From the NCBI RefSeq assembly GCF_021028975.2, contig NC_059430.1, positions 70,246,001-70,310,000 on the forward strand: DNA of 64,000 bases. Reading direction: 5' to 3'. Position 1 is the stretch's first letter; each line of letters starts with the position of its first letter. Both the position numbers and the translations under genes were made by a program. Below the pieces are notes generated by a model. It worked only from the letters and a program-made list of their open reading frames with translations. It made no database searches and was not told where the DNA came from. This stretch comes from Sphaerodactylus townsendi (taxonomy: Eukaryota). Shown in pieces: positions 27,139 through 39,969 of this stretch.

Positions 27139-27206
<68 letters not shown>
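24974..27206 (+). mobile_element. R4/Dong-clade non-LTR retrotransposon, 5'-truncated, with (AAT)n tail
   Basis: RT motifs NYRPITCL, WIDYKKAFD, GIFQGDSLSPLLF and LLYMDDLKL; CCHC (CRLC..ETVDHVLSCC); REL endonuclease PDI..IIDIAVP..K. In-frame stops at 25290, 25797 and 26154, plus frameshifts near 26330 and 26585. Confidence 0.92.
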
Positions 27207-27207
<1 letters not shown>

Positions 27208-27782
27208 TACTCAGCTCCTACAAAAAGATTGCGCAGACTGACTCCGTCACAACAGTGTAGCCAAAATGGTCCACTGGAACATTTGCAAAAATTATGACTT
27301 GCCCACCTCTAATAACTGGGGGAACATCAAACTGAAAAAGCCCTTAAAAATCAGCAAGCCAAGATACTGTGGGACTTTCGTAAACAAAGTCCTGCAGTAC
27401 ACCCGACATTGTCATCGTCGAACCAGAAAAGGTGTGGATCATTGATATTGCAATACCCAACAACAATAGGGTTAACGAAAAACAACATGAAAAGATCGCA
27501 AAATACCTGGATCTAAAGATTGAGATCCAGCGTCTTTGGCACAAACCAGCAGCAGTGGTGCCAGTGGTCTTCGGCGCGCTGGGTGCTGCCCCAAAAGACC
27601 TGGGGCAGCACTTGAAACAAACTAACATTGACAAAATCAACATCTGTCAACTTCAAAAAGCCGCGCTGCTGGGCTCTGGAAACATCCTTCGCCGATACAT
27701 CACAACATCCTAGGCCCCTGGCTGGGGCTCGATGGTGACGTAGACCAACACCGACAGTGATACTTGGCTGCTGTGTATTTTG

Positions 27783-27854
<72 letters not shown>
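27207..27854 (+). mobile_element. Second R4/Dong element (different subfamily), 3' fragment with (AAT)n tail
   Basis: Peptide WIIDIAIP..EKQHEKIAKYLDLKIEIQRLW..LQKAALLGS..LRRYITTS parallels the first copy's C-terminus; different 3' UTR; tail 27784-27854. Confidence 0.9.
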
Positions 27855-27855
<1 letters not shown>

Positions 27856-29623
27856 CAACCATGTGGCTGTTGCAAGTAAAGGCAATTCCTGTGGCAGTTG
27901 CATTAATAGCTTCTCCAGGTGGTTTTGTTGGTCATAAACAACCCCATGATGACTACTTTGAACTTCAATTGTGGTGATTATGGAGAATCATCACAATCAG
28001 CACCTGATGTGTCAAAATTCTCTTTACTGCTCAAAAGGATGATACCCGGCAGTAGTCTGTCAAATAGCTGTGTCATGGTGAGTTACTACTTGGTAAAGTT
28101 TAATGTGTGCATTTACCCTCCATCATCCTGTCAAATGGTAAGCTGATTTTTTTTTCATCCATTCAGTGGGATAGTGTCTGTAATTACTCACCAACACATT
28201 AAGTTCACATGGGCTAAATGTTTCTATCCAAATATTAGCTATTCCTGAAAAAATGGATCACAGTGATGCATAAAGTATTTTAAATGTTATGCTTACAAAA
28301 ATATTCCCTAGATGTAGTGAGTAAGATTTGTGCTGCATCACTGGTGTAGTGTCATAGATAACTTCTGTTGTTTATTGACTGGAAATCGATTCAGAATTCT
28401 GGGGTCTGAAATTGAAATATGTGGAATTAAAGCATTTAATTCAACTGCTGATTTTATTTATTTAGGATATTTCTATGTCGTTTCTTTAGAGCCTTGCTTG
28501 AGGTGGCTTATAACTAAAGATGACAGGACCTTTGAATAATGAAGGAAAAAAGGTACACAGCACCAGAGGTTGCAAGACTGTTGAATAACAATCTTAAACT
28601 AATCCAAATATATACAGTACAGTTATTACAAAGAATTCAACTTCATAAAGATAATGTGAACATCAAAATTTCCAAATGGCTAGCAAAAAAACCAAACAAA
28701 CCCAAAGACATATGGTATAAACTGTTATTGTAAGTAATAACAGTTGTAAACCATGTGATGAAGTACATATATAACTAAAACCACATCATAGCATTAAAAA
28801 TTGAGCCATTCAAAACAATCCATTTAACATTTGAAACATTAAAAAACTATCCATAGCCAATTATGCAAAAAGTCTTTGCTGTGCGGTGGAGGCCAGTGTT
28901 CACCGTAGCAAAATTTCTTTTACGGACCTATTTTCTGGAGCCCCACTTTCACTTTCCACTCTCTTTGCAGCAAGTGAAAGCACTTATAGCACCAGTTAAA
29001 TCTTGCTTTGCCTCCAGAGAAGGACAGATTTGCCAGTGGGCACAACTTTGTCCCAGACCTCTTCCCTCTGCCCATGGCCAGCCTTCCTACTCCCTCACAG
29101 CACTTTGCATGCCTTCCCTCTCACCCCCCCCCCCCTTCATGCTGTCAGCTTACTCCTGCTGACCTAAGTGGTCTGATCAAGAGATCAAGAGATTGATCTC
29201 TCATATGTATGGGGTGGGGGGGAAGAACCCACCTTCATCTCTGTCTAAGGTCTGTGGTCAGTCTCTCCTCCACCAGTACAATCTCAGCACAGCACAGCCT
29301 CAGTTGTGAGGTGCTATGGATTCTTCTCCCTCACCCCCCTCTCCATGCTGCTGGTTCCTTCCTGCTTCTCTAAAGTGCAGATATTGAGAGATTGATCTGT
29401 TGATACAAAGTAGCAACAAAGAGGCCTTTTGCAAGGAACAGTACAAGCAGACATATTGTTGGCTTCACCCTACCTCCCCCGCTCTGTTTCTGCCTTCCCC
29501 AATGACTGAGAGGGCTTTTAAAACTTTATTTCAGGCAAGACTCTGTTTTAAAGCAAGTCTATGTTGTCTCTTCTTTTCTCTTCTCTTACGAAGGCGGCTG
29601 TGTGTGTGTGTGTAGGGGAAGTT

Positions 29624-29629
<6 letters not shown>

Positions 29630-29674
<45 letters not shown>
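29630..29674. repeat. (GT)n microsatellite
   Basis: Direct observation. Confidence 0.95.
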
Positions 29675-29675
<1 letters not shown>

Positions 29676-29989
29676 TAGGGGAAGGGAGTGGGGGAGAGAA
29701 TATCAGCTGTGTGCCTTTAAGACTGTTGATGGATGGAGTTAAGAGAACCAGAAGAAGCTGAGGCCCCACAAAGTTCAGCAGACGAACTGCACTGCATGCT
29801 GTGGGCTGCCTCCTCACATGTAAACAGAGAAATGTGAGGAGAGCCTACTATGATCCCATACGCAGAGAGCAGGCTTGATGTAAGTGTTCCATGCATAATG
29901 AACCCATTAAAAAAGCTAAAAAGCTAAAAAAGCTAATTCCTGCTTCATAGCCTGGGTTGAAGGGTGTGTTCTGGTCTGGGACATAAAAG

Positions 29990-30570
29990 AAAAGTAGCAC
30001 AGGCACCAGTGAGCCTTGAGAGTGATGGTGTTCCACAGGTGAGGTGCCACTGCAGAAAAAGCCCTACCTGAAGTCACCACCTGCCATTTCAGAAAGTGGG
30101 GGCATAGAGAGCAGGGCTTGAAAGACAGATCCTAACTGGTAGGCTAGATAGTATGAGAGGAAACAGTCCTTCAGGTACCCTTTACCCTAGTCATTTAGGG
30201 ATTTAAAGATAAGAACCAGCACTTAAAATTGTGCTTGGAAACAGATGTGTAAGCAGTGCAGGTCTTTCAGCACAGAATGCTATGATCCCTGTAGCCAACT
30301 TCAGACAATAATCTGGCTGCTGCATTTTGGACCATTTGATGTTTTCAAACCAATTTTCAAAGGTAGCCCCACGGATAGTGCATTACAGTAATCTAACCTG
30401 GATATGATCCATTTGGATCATGAGGTCAGATTACGCTTTTTGAGGAACAACTATAGTTGGTGAACCAGCCAGAGCTGATAAAAGGCACTACTTGCCCAGG
30501 AGCAGACCTACGTTTCCAATCACAGGCCGGCATCCTGGAATAACCCCAAGCTATGCAGCTGCTCCTTCAG
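29990..30570 (-). mobile_element. L2 LINE fragment
   Basis: Reverse-strand L2 hallmarks (aggtagccccacggatagtgcattacagtaatctaacctgga = SRLDYCNALSVGLP; ttccacaggtgaggtgccactgcagaaaaagccct = RAFSAVAPHLWN). Confidence 0.75.
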
Positions 30571-32646
30571 GGGTTTGTAGAGTCTGAAGCAACTTGATGG
30601 TACTTAACACACACAATTCTGCATATTAATGAAACTGCTCCTTTGAGGGCACCATTTCTGCATATTAAGGAAAATGACTGTGTGCACATTTACCACTGTA
30701 ATTGGGGTTTATAGGACATGCAGGAAGAAATGCTAACTTTAGCCTGCCATGTGGAATTGTGAATTTCTCGTGACTTTAAATTAAATGAGTGCAAAATGTT
30801 ACCACACCTAGTTCCTATCAATCTGTGAGGTTGATATAATGACCAATTGCATTTAAAGAAACAAAATAATGTATACTTATTTTACTTACCGCTTGATTTT
30901 GGTTTGATAAAAGATACTAGTTGTGTATATAAATATATATACCAAACTGTTTAAAGAGAGCAGTTTTATTTATGCATTTGATTCAGTATGTTTTAAATGG
31001 ATTTTTAATTGTGATACCTTTTTGTCCTGGGAATTTAATGCAAGTGTGAAGATTCTGTAGCAACTATTTATGCAAGACTTGGTGACTGAATTTTAATTCA
31101 GATTGTCATTTCTAAACAGAGGTATTATAGATGATAAGGTTTTGACTTTGAGTCATAGTCACAGTATCTGGAGGGATAGCTGCTTCTACTGAATCTCTTT
31201 TATGTGCTTGAGGTCAAGACAGAGTAGTCAGACCTATTACAGCACCTGTTTCTGCATGTGCAGAACCATTCTTTTGTCATTTCATTGAACAGTCACTTGT
31301 GGTGGTACATAAATTTGCAACATGGACCATATGAGATGAAAATTTAGCAGTAAGACAGCTGTGATTCCTTTAGCCATATAGCCATGGGATACTACTTCTG
31401 TTTTGGGACTTTGTTTCTGGAAGACTGCCTGTAATCTAGAAAAAGGATACAAAGTCAAGTATATGTTTGGAGGCAAGAAAAAAAGGGAAGGTGTTTGCTG
31501 TCATTGGCTGTAGGATGGTTGTGAAGCTTGACATGCCCAGAAGCTAATGGATGCCATGTGGGGCTGCCATACAGAGCATACTTCAGTTTTCATCATCTGG
31601 TGAGCCTCCAGCATGATTTCCAGGCACAAGAGCTGTAACACGTCTACTTTGGTTTGGAGCTGATTGATCCACAGTACAGAACATGCTTGTGGGATCTTCA
31701 CTTGTTACAGAAGGACATAAATGATTGAAATGATTTCTTTAAGAAGTGTGGGGAGGAGGAAGAGACAGACAGGGTGTGATTTGTTTATAGACTATAATGC
31801 CTAGTAAAATGTCAAATAATAACATATCTATAATCACTGATAGTCTTAATGAACAAGATTCTGCATGCCCATTTCCCAAATTCTTTAAAACCACTTAACT
31901 TTTGTTTAATGTGTTGAGAAAGTGGGTAAAGAATTAAAGCCATAGATAATGGATGCTTTTGCATTGTAATTTGTGAATGGAATTATGATAGAATTGCTTA
32001 GAAATGATGCTTTAATAATGTTGATATGCAGATTAACAGAATTTTGTTTTTTTTGTGAGGGAAAATGAGAAAAAATGAGAAATAGTTACAATTGATTACA
32101 AATAGTGTGTGCTGTCATTTCAGCTTAAGTTGTTGCTTCCCCCCCTCCCCACCCCCAAGATACTGTGAGATTCTGATGACACAGACAGTAATGTGGTAAT
32201 GCTGTTGACTGTGCTAATTATTCGAGCTCTGGTTTGTCAGCAGTGTCTTAATGGAACCAGAAGCAAAAAGATGCATTTAGAGCTTCAGTTGTTCAAAGAA
32301 AGGGGTGATAGTGGTGGTAGGGGTATTCTACCCTAACCTTTTAACCTTGTCAACAGATTCTTTTTTCCCTTGACATTCTGACACAAAGCATTATTTGTGC
32401 AAGGCTGGAAGTTTAACTCTTCGTGGAACCAGATATCATTTTTATTGGTTATTCATTCTGGTAGGTGTTAATCTCATCAAGATTTGCAGGCATTTTCCTT
32501 CATAGGGCATTTTGATTTGTAGCCCCCCACCCTTCACAGCAGTATTAAATACCAAAACCTTCTCTGATATGGAAGTTCATTAGAGATATGTCTTTGATGG
32601 CAGCCCTTTCAGGGCTTCAGTTTCAAATACCTTGATGTGAAGCTTA

Positions 32647-32946
32647 NNNNNNNNNNNNNNNNNNNNNNNNNNNNNNNNNNNNNNNNNNNNNNNNNNNNNN
32701 NNNNNNNNNNNNNNNNNNNNNNNNNNNNNNNNNNNNNNNNNNNNNNNNNNNNNNNNNNNNNNNNNNNNNNNNNNNNNNNNNNNNNNNNNNNNNNNNNNNN
32801 NNNNNNNNNNNNNNNNNNNNNNNNNNNNNNNNNNNNNNNNNNNNNNNNNNNNNNNNNNNNNNNNNNNNNNNNNNNNNNNNNNNNNNNNNNNNNNNNNNNN
32901 NNNNNNNNNNNNNNNNNNNNNNNNNNNNNNNNNNNNNNNNNNNNNN
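32647..32946. other. Assembly gap (N run)
   Basis: Run of N. Confidence 1.
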
Positions 32947-35599
32947 TTAAAACAGCAAGCATGTTACAAGGAGTCTTAAATATACTACCAAAGCAATAAT
33001 GTCTAGACTATGAACTGAAGGTAATTACATATCCAGTGCTGAATAGAGAACATTTAGGAAATACTGTTGTTCAGATTGAACTGCAAAAAAAGAAGAAGAA
33101 GCAGATAACGGTTTTTCCCCCCACTGAAGATTTTCTCTTATGCTTTTTTCCTTCCCCTATGGTAAACCATGAACATCCAAGCAAGTCTTTAAAATATTGG
33201 ATATAATGAACAGACCTTTCTGAAGCTGTTAATTCTATCATGTTCTTAGTGATTCTGTCTTACGCAAGTCAAATGTGATAATACTAAATAAGAGGACCTT
33301 GCTTTTTGTTGTGGAAATATATAAAAACACAAATTGTGGGTGAGATACAAAAGCAGTAAGTGCATCACATTTGTGAGGATCATATTGGGCATTACTCTGG
33401 GAAAATGATGGATCCATTTTTTAAAAAAAGATTTAAGGTTGTTGAAATGTGATGTTAGTAAGCTTGGACAGGTAAAGAGGAAGGCTGGAGACCGAACAGT
33501 ATGTGTGGGAAACAGTATCTGCATCCAAGTCATGATTTTCTGTACTGGAACAAAATGACAACAGGTTTGAGGCTATTTTGCCTGCTGCTTGAATAAAACA
33601 TTAAGAGCCTTGGCCAGTTGGCTTCCTCCAGCTTGGATGGGCATAAGCTGATCTTTCAGGTGTTCACCCTCAAATACTGCTAAGAACAGAGACAGAGGCA
33701 GGTGAGATAGTGGCAGTAAAATAAATGAGAACCTACTACACTAAGGCAAAAGCAAAAATACAAGAATACAAAATATATTATATTTAATGTGAAAAGCAAA
33801 GCAAAAATGTGTATACCACCCCCACCCCCAAAAAGTGCATAAGCAGGTGCATTAGTCTAACATGTCATAATACCATAACAGAATCACTGGTAATTTAACA
33901 GGTCTTAAGTCCAAAAGATTCTGAAATATTATCCCATATGACAGGGTCCTCTTGTAATTGTTGGCAGATTCAAAGATTAGTCACATATGAAAGTCAAGTA
34001 TGAATAATGAAGATGGGGAATTCTGGACAAGACATCTATTTCACCCTTAGTGTCATGGGCTTGATCACTTCCAACAATTTAATGGCATGTCAAATCTTGT
34101 GAATCAATATGAGGCATCTAATGATATAAATACATAAATAACTGAAGGCTTAAAAGCATAAATATCATATGATGGTATGATATGATAGTACTAAGTTATA
34201 AGAAATAGTAACATCATGTCAAAAATTATTAAATATTGCTAAATAAATATTATATAACAAGAATTTAATATATTACAATAAAAACCTTAAAATGTCATAT
34301 GAATATTAAGATCCATAACATAATTACTGATAATAAATAAGCCTTCTAGTAATGAATAACACAGTAAACATGAAGGCCTTCTTGTGTTCCCAAACATGTA
34401 GGACTATGCACCCACAAGTCAAATAGTAATATAGTAATAGGATACTAGTAGATACTGGAAGCTGAGATATATCACAAGCCGGTAGATTAGGTGCAGCTGT
34501 AAGCAGTTAGCACCAGAAAAGGTTTCAAAACAATAAAGCTTTAAGAAAACTTAAATAATATCTTGTTATTGCATATATATGTCAAGAACAAGCATGAAGA
34601 ACAAAGAATCCTGTTCCCAAAGAAATAACAACAAACATAACCATATAACAGAAAACGTGTAGTCTATTTCATTGTTAAGACTAGTGGAAAAACATTAATG
34701 GAAGGCAAAGATTGGAAGGCAAAGATAAGCTTAGCTTCCATCTGGAGTAGTATGTGTTTGACATTTCTTTGTTTAAAGGGGCGGCTCTTATATTTATATA
34801 GTACACAAAATTTAAAGTCATCTTTAGTAGCCCCTTTTCCATAAAATATTGCACCAATGGCACATCTGCACACTTATTTCTAATTTTTGAGCGATGCTGC
34901 ACTAAGCATGTGTATAGCACTCCTGTAGACATCCCAATGTGCAGAAGTAAACATGAGCATTGGATAAGGTGAACACATGCCTTGGTGCCACAGGTAGTGC
35001 ATGTATGCCAAGTCCATTTCTTGGTTAAATTAGATGGGTAAACTGATATGTTCATGGATAGGTGGCAGATGCTCCAATGCCCACATTTATAATGCCCTAT
35101 ACTGGGGTAAGCTGGGCATGCAACCTGAAGAAAGTCAGTTCTCCTGGATGGTGTAGGCCATCTTGTTTGGGTTGTTCTCTACCGTCAATCAAGGAGGCAG
35201 GAAATATACTTTGGTCACTTCCTGTAGGCGGGTCGTAGCTGTCTTGCCCCAGTATCTTCCTGCCTCGTCAGGGAGTGCAACAAATTCAACAGGCTCTTGG
35301 CTTATTGATAGGCTTCGTGTCCTTTGGATCCCAAAAACTCCTTTCTGTGTCTGTGAGAGTTTGTAGTCTTTTTTCCTTGTAACTCTGTGTCTGTGATCCC
35401 TGCCCTCCTTGTGTTTCCCTCTTCCCACCAAAAAAGCCTTCCCTTCAGCAGCTATGGCATCGATGCCATTTTCACCTCATAAGGGGGGATTCTGCAGCTC
35501 GGCAGTGGAGAACACGGAAGGCAGTGACCAGGTCTATCAGTCGAGCCTCCCACTCTCCCCCTCGCAGCCGTGTGGCTGAGAGGCAAGTGCGCACCGGCT

Positions 35600-35855
35600 G
35601 GTCCCAGAGTAGCCGTGGGGCTAGCCAGCAGGCCTCTTCACCATCGCCCTCTCGGTGCGCAGATCAGCGTGGACGCTCGACCAGCCCCTGTACAGGGTGC
35701 CAGGGAGAGTCTGGGCATGAGAACCGCGGTCCCAGAGCAGCCGTGGGGCTAGCCAGCGGGCCTTTTCGCCATCGCCCTCTCGGCGTGCAGGTCGGTGCGC
35801 ACACTTGACCAGCCCCTGTACAGGGTGCCAGGGAGCGTCTGGGCGTGAGAGCTGC
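35600..35855 (+). repeat. Two-copy 128-bp GC-rich tandem repeat in DIRS gag region
   Basis: Unit begins ggtcccagag at 35600 and 35728. Confidence 0.85.
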
Positions 35856-36248
35856 AGCTACAGCCACAAAGAGGGGAAGGCACTAAGAGGACGGCGGGTC
35901 ATCATCCCGCCTTGATCCCATTTCCACTGCCGATGTTCCAACTCTGCAGTCGATGGACGCCTCTGCGGCAGAGGCCTCCAATCTAGCTGGACTCTCCAGG
36001 CAAGAGGGAGAGAGGAGGGGGAGGGAAAGCAACATGGCAGATGCCATTCCTTCGGAGTGGAGCGTCTTCTCCCATCACCGTCTGGTAGCCTTAATGCGCT
36101 CCTCCATTAGGGAGGAGGTCTCTGAGCAGCTGCAGCCATCCCCTTCCCTCCCTCCTTACAGGCAAAGGCCTCGCTCTAGATCCAGGTCCCCCATTCCCCG
36201 TACGAGGGATAGGGACTGGCTGGCTCCTATGTATAACTCAGAGGGCAG

Positions 36249-36617
36249 TGTCATACCCCCTAACAACACAAGAAGGGATTGGTAATCTGTTTCTACTGTT
36301 CAGGAAGGACATTCCAGATATTAGTGTCGCAGGTTTCAGAAACCAAAAAGGTCCAAACTGTAAAATGGGCTGATTCGCACCCAAAGCCAGTTGCTAAAAC
36401 GCAGGAGGCCCAAACTGTCGGTGCACAAAACCACAATGTCAGCCCATTTAGGCATTAGCAAAACCTGAGTGAGGCAGCAAGCTATAATTTATTGGCCTAA
36501 CAATGGGGAAGGACATCCGTGAATTCTGCAATCCTGTCCTATGTGTCAGCTGGTGGGCAAGCCAAAGTATAAAGGATCCATCCTATAACTGCCCTGGCTA
36601 CTGAGTAGGACGGGACA
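36249..36617 (+). mobile_element. Miniature Gypsy-type LTR-retrotransposon relic inside DIRS gag
   Basis: TGTCA...GGACA termini; gag zinc-knuckle start (VICFYC) joined to integrase HHCC-region remnants (AHLGISKT..YWP..MGKDIREFC..CPMCQLVGKP, across frameshifts). No clean TSD. Confidence 0.6.
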
Positions 36618-38166
36618 AGAGCTCTCATAGCTGAGGCCAGCTATTCATGGGCCCTTCTGAGGGACACCTTTGAACGCTTATCTGGGGTGTCCTTGATGTT
36701 CCCCTCACTGTCCCTTGAGACTGGTCCCCCAAGTTGGAGGGCTTCCACGGGACATCTACTAGGAGCATTTGTAACATCCTATGGGGTTCTATTTGAAGCA
36801 CCTCAGTGATGGGGAGATTGATCTGGCCCCCGATCACTTTTCAGAGCTGGAAGACCAGGATTCTGAGGTGGCTGAGGACCCAAATTCCTCCGGTGCAGCA
36901 AAAGCCATTAAGGGTTGCCCTAGGGGGCCTTTCCTCGGTTTCCCAGTGGAGGAGGAGATCTCCTATTTTTTCCCTTTGCCTGAGGCAAGTTCAACAGACA
37001 ATGGGATGGAACTGTGGCAAACAAAAGTTTCCCCCCAGTTTTTTGTCAGAAGCTGTACCTGGCTCCTGACCACCTTAACAGTCTTATCAAGACCCACTGG
37101 TCAAAGGGCCAGTGGCTGCGTTTCACTCGGGTGGTCTGGTCTGGAGGGACAGAGGGGGAAAACTAAGGGATCCCCTGGATAGAAAGGCAGACTACAGCAT
37201 TAACAGGGTCCATGAGGGCACCACTATAGCTTGTAGGATCCCGATCCCCTCTGCGACGGCAGCTAGATCTACTATCATCTGGCAAAAGCGCCTTCTAGCA
37301 ATCATTCTTCCTGAGGACCAGGGCCTCAGAGAGGGTACCCAAAGGGTACTCATGGCTGTCACCTTCTTAGTGGATGCCACCCTAGATGCCTTTTTGACCA
37401 CTTCACGTATAATGGCAGTGTCCTTGGTGGCACGCCACCTACTTTGGTTTAAGCCATGGCAGGTGGAACCCATTCTAAGACAGTGGTTCCAGTTTTGATT
37501 CTCAGGGGGGTGCCCTCTTTGGTTCGGAGTTTGATAGGATCCTGGTTGAAAACAAAGATAACAAGAGAGCCATACCCAGATTTGTCAGGTCAGACAAACC
37601 CAGGTTTACACCCAAGCCGGCCTTTAGGGCCTCTCGCTCATCCTCTCCCCCCTACCAGGAAGGAAGGACAGCGGGCTGGCAGACACAACCCTTTTCTCTG
37701 ACTAGAGCTTCTGTGGCTTAGTTGGGTAATGCAGCCTTTGTGTTGCAGTCTAAAAGCTTGCCGGTTCTAGTCCTACCAGAGATGAGTAATTTTAAGTGGC
37801 AGGATTTTCGCAGCCAGCACAAGTCCAATAAGTCCTTTCGGCCTGACTCTGATGCCAGCAACAAGGCATGGCTCAGTGGACATTCTGATAGGCAGGCGTC
37901 TCCTGTCTTTTTGTCACCAGTGGACAGAAACCCAGTGGGTCCGGAACATAGTTTCTTCCGGTTACTCCTTAGAGTTCCGTTTGTTGCCACGACAGGTTCC
38001 TCCCTTCACCGAGCATCTTCACTCCAGAAAAACGGGACAGGCTTAAGTGGGCAATCTCTCTTCTTACCTTAATCAGGGCCATAGAGTCCGTGCTGTTGGA
38101 CCACGTGGGAAGTGGGGTATACTCCCACTTCTTCACAGCTCCCAAGAAAGGCGGGGATGTCCCCAG

Positions 38167-39004
38167 TGAAATCACAATTCTGGTGAACGAAACATTTTAA
38201 CCGGAGTTTGACAAGTTATTTATTTCAAATATTTTTATACCACGTTCTTAAAAATACATTCAGACTTGGTCTGGAATCTTTCACAAAGCGGGGAAAGAGA
38301 GAATGGGTTACCTTTGGCAGCCATTCATTTATAGAATAAAGAACTGATTTTAGAAGTAATAATCATTACTTCTCAATTCTAAAAGGTATGTCAGTTCTCC
38401 TTGAGTCAGTTAACTAACTAGCATTATAGCATGAGGCAAGTTTCAGTCTAACTCCACCTGGCATTGTAGGGTGGCTCTATAAAGGCTGGGCTTGAGACCA
38501 ACTTGTGAGTAATCTAGGATGACATCTAGTGACAGTCTGGTGTGATTCGCTTCCCCCTGCACCAGCGAACAAACACTTTCCAGGAAGATCTGTGAATCCT
38601 GGTGGTGGACGGACAACTTGAGGCTAGTAACGTCTCAGTCACGTGGTTTGAATAGCTCTTCTTGCTCCTACTGTTCTGTTCAAGAACCATGCGGTCAAAC
38701 TGAACCAGATGCCACAGTTACCACAGGTGACTCTGGGATAACCAATCTGGAACCGTCAAAAGGATTAAGAGCGGTGTCTCTGATAATCCTTGAATCACTA
38801 AAACCATGGGGAAGGCCAGTAGGGCGCCATCAAGATGACCCTCGCTCTCTGTCGTCATCGTATCCCAGTGGTGACAAGTCGTCATCGTATCCCAGTGGTG
38901 ACATCGTATCCCATCATATCCCAGTGGGATACGAACAACAAGCCTAAATCCACTATCTTTATTAACAAAAATAAATATTTTTAAGTTCGAACCACCCAAC
39001 GACA
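38167..39004 (-). mobile_element. Solo LTR-like element occupying the deleted DIRS RT-YR interval
   Basis: TG...CA termini exactly at the points where DIRS homology stops and resumes; AATAAA on the minus strand about 50 bp from the end; internal short tandem repeat (tcgtatcccagtggtgaca, ~38850-38930); flanks do not match. Confidence 0.55.
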
Positions 39005-39572
39005 AGGAGGTGGTTCTGCCTAACTTTTGCTCCAACCCTACCCATCCCAGGGAACGTTTATGGCACCACCTGGATGTGCGTTGGTCCCTGAGGGCCTTTC
39101 TCATACGCAAGGAAAATATCAGAGAATGTGAGTCCCTGTTTATTAACATGGTTCCCCCTAGGGTAGGTGAGGTCATGTACTCTGTTGCCGTTAGTTCCAG
39201 CATTAGGACATGCGTCATTGAGGTGCACAAGGCCAGCTGTCTACCGGTTCCCAGTGGCATCACGGCCCACTCTACCTGGAGTGCGGCCACTAATGCAGCT
39301 TTGGTCAAGCACGTGTCCCTAGAATAGATATGTAGGGTGGCCACTTGGGCCTCTTCCTTTGTGAGGCACTGTAGGTTGACCTCTTTGGATGCCATTCAGG
39401 CCTCCTTTGGAAGGAGAATCCTGGAGCACATTATCGGAGATTAACAGAACCCACCCTATGGGTCACTGCTTGGGGAGTACCCAAACAAGATGGCCTACAC
39501 CATCCAGGAGAACGACCCATTGGATACTCACCATGAAGGGGTCTTCTCCTGGGTGGTTGTAGGCCATCTTGG

Positions 39573-39770
39573 TCCACCTAATCCAGCACTCTGCTACTCG
39601 CAGTGGCCCACCAGGTGCCTTTGGGATCTCACATGCAGGTTGTGAAAGCAATGGCTGGCTGCTGCTGCTGCTCCCGAGCCCCTGGTCTGCTAAGGCATTT
39701 GCAATCTCAGATCAAGGAGGATCAAGATTGGTAGCCATAGATCGACTTCTCCTCCATAAATCTGTCCATA
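39573..39770 (-). mobile_element. CR1 3' UTR fragment
   Basis: Reverse complement of the CR1 3' end at ~52785-52985 (gcaatctcagatcaa..aggatcaagattggtagccat). Confidence 0.85.
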
Positions 39771-39969
39771 TAGTTCACTGGGGAAGGGCACTCCTGTGGC
39801 ACAAAGAAGGTATGGGTTTGATACCCAGCAAAACTCACCTTTTCTCTAAGCAACAAGCTCAGAAGCAGAGAAACAGAAAGTAAAGGTTAGAACCATACTT
39901 CCTGCACTCAGGAGCATTTCTGTAACCAGTTACCCAACTGAGAACATAAGAGTAAGACACAGCATAGAC

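Larger units (their letters stand above)
35139..39572 (+). mobile_element. DIRS1-like retrotransposon D: left ITR, gag, start of RT, end of YR and ICR; centre and right ITR lost
   Basis: Starts ttctcctggatggtgtaggccatcttg, complementary to its ICR (caagatggcctacaccatccaggagaa, ~39487-39513). Gag-like RDPLDRKAD..FLVDATLDA..LWFKPW; RT start GVYSHFFTAPKKGG; YR LWHHLDVR..AHSTWSAATNAAL. Confidence 0.88.

Noticed and set aside
34031-34070. Second hammerhead-like motif (gtgatcaagccc...gggtgaaa on minus strand)
   Set aside because: Two mismatches in the CUGANGA core; at best a dead Penelope remnant.
38850-38930. Short direct repeats as a CRISPR-like array
   Set aside because: Vertebrate DNA; tandem units without unique spacers, inside an LTR-like element.
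38718-39395. 225-aa minus-strand ORF
   Set aside because: Antisense to DIRS YR and crosses a TE junction.
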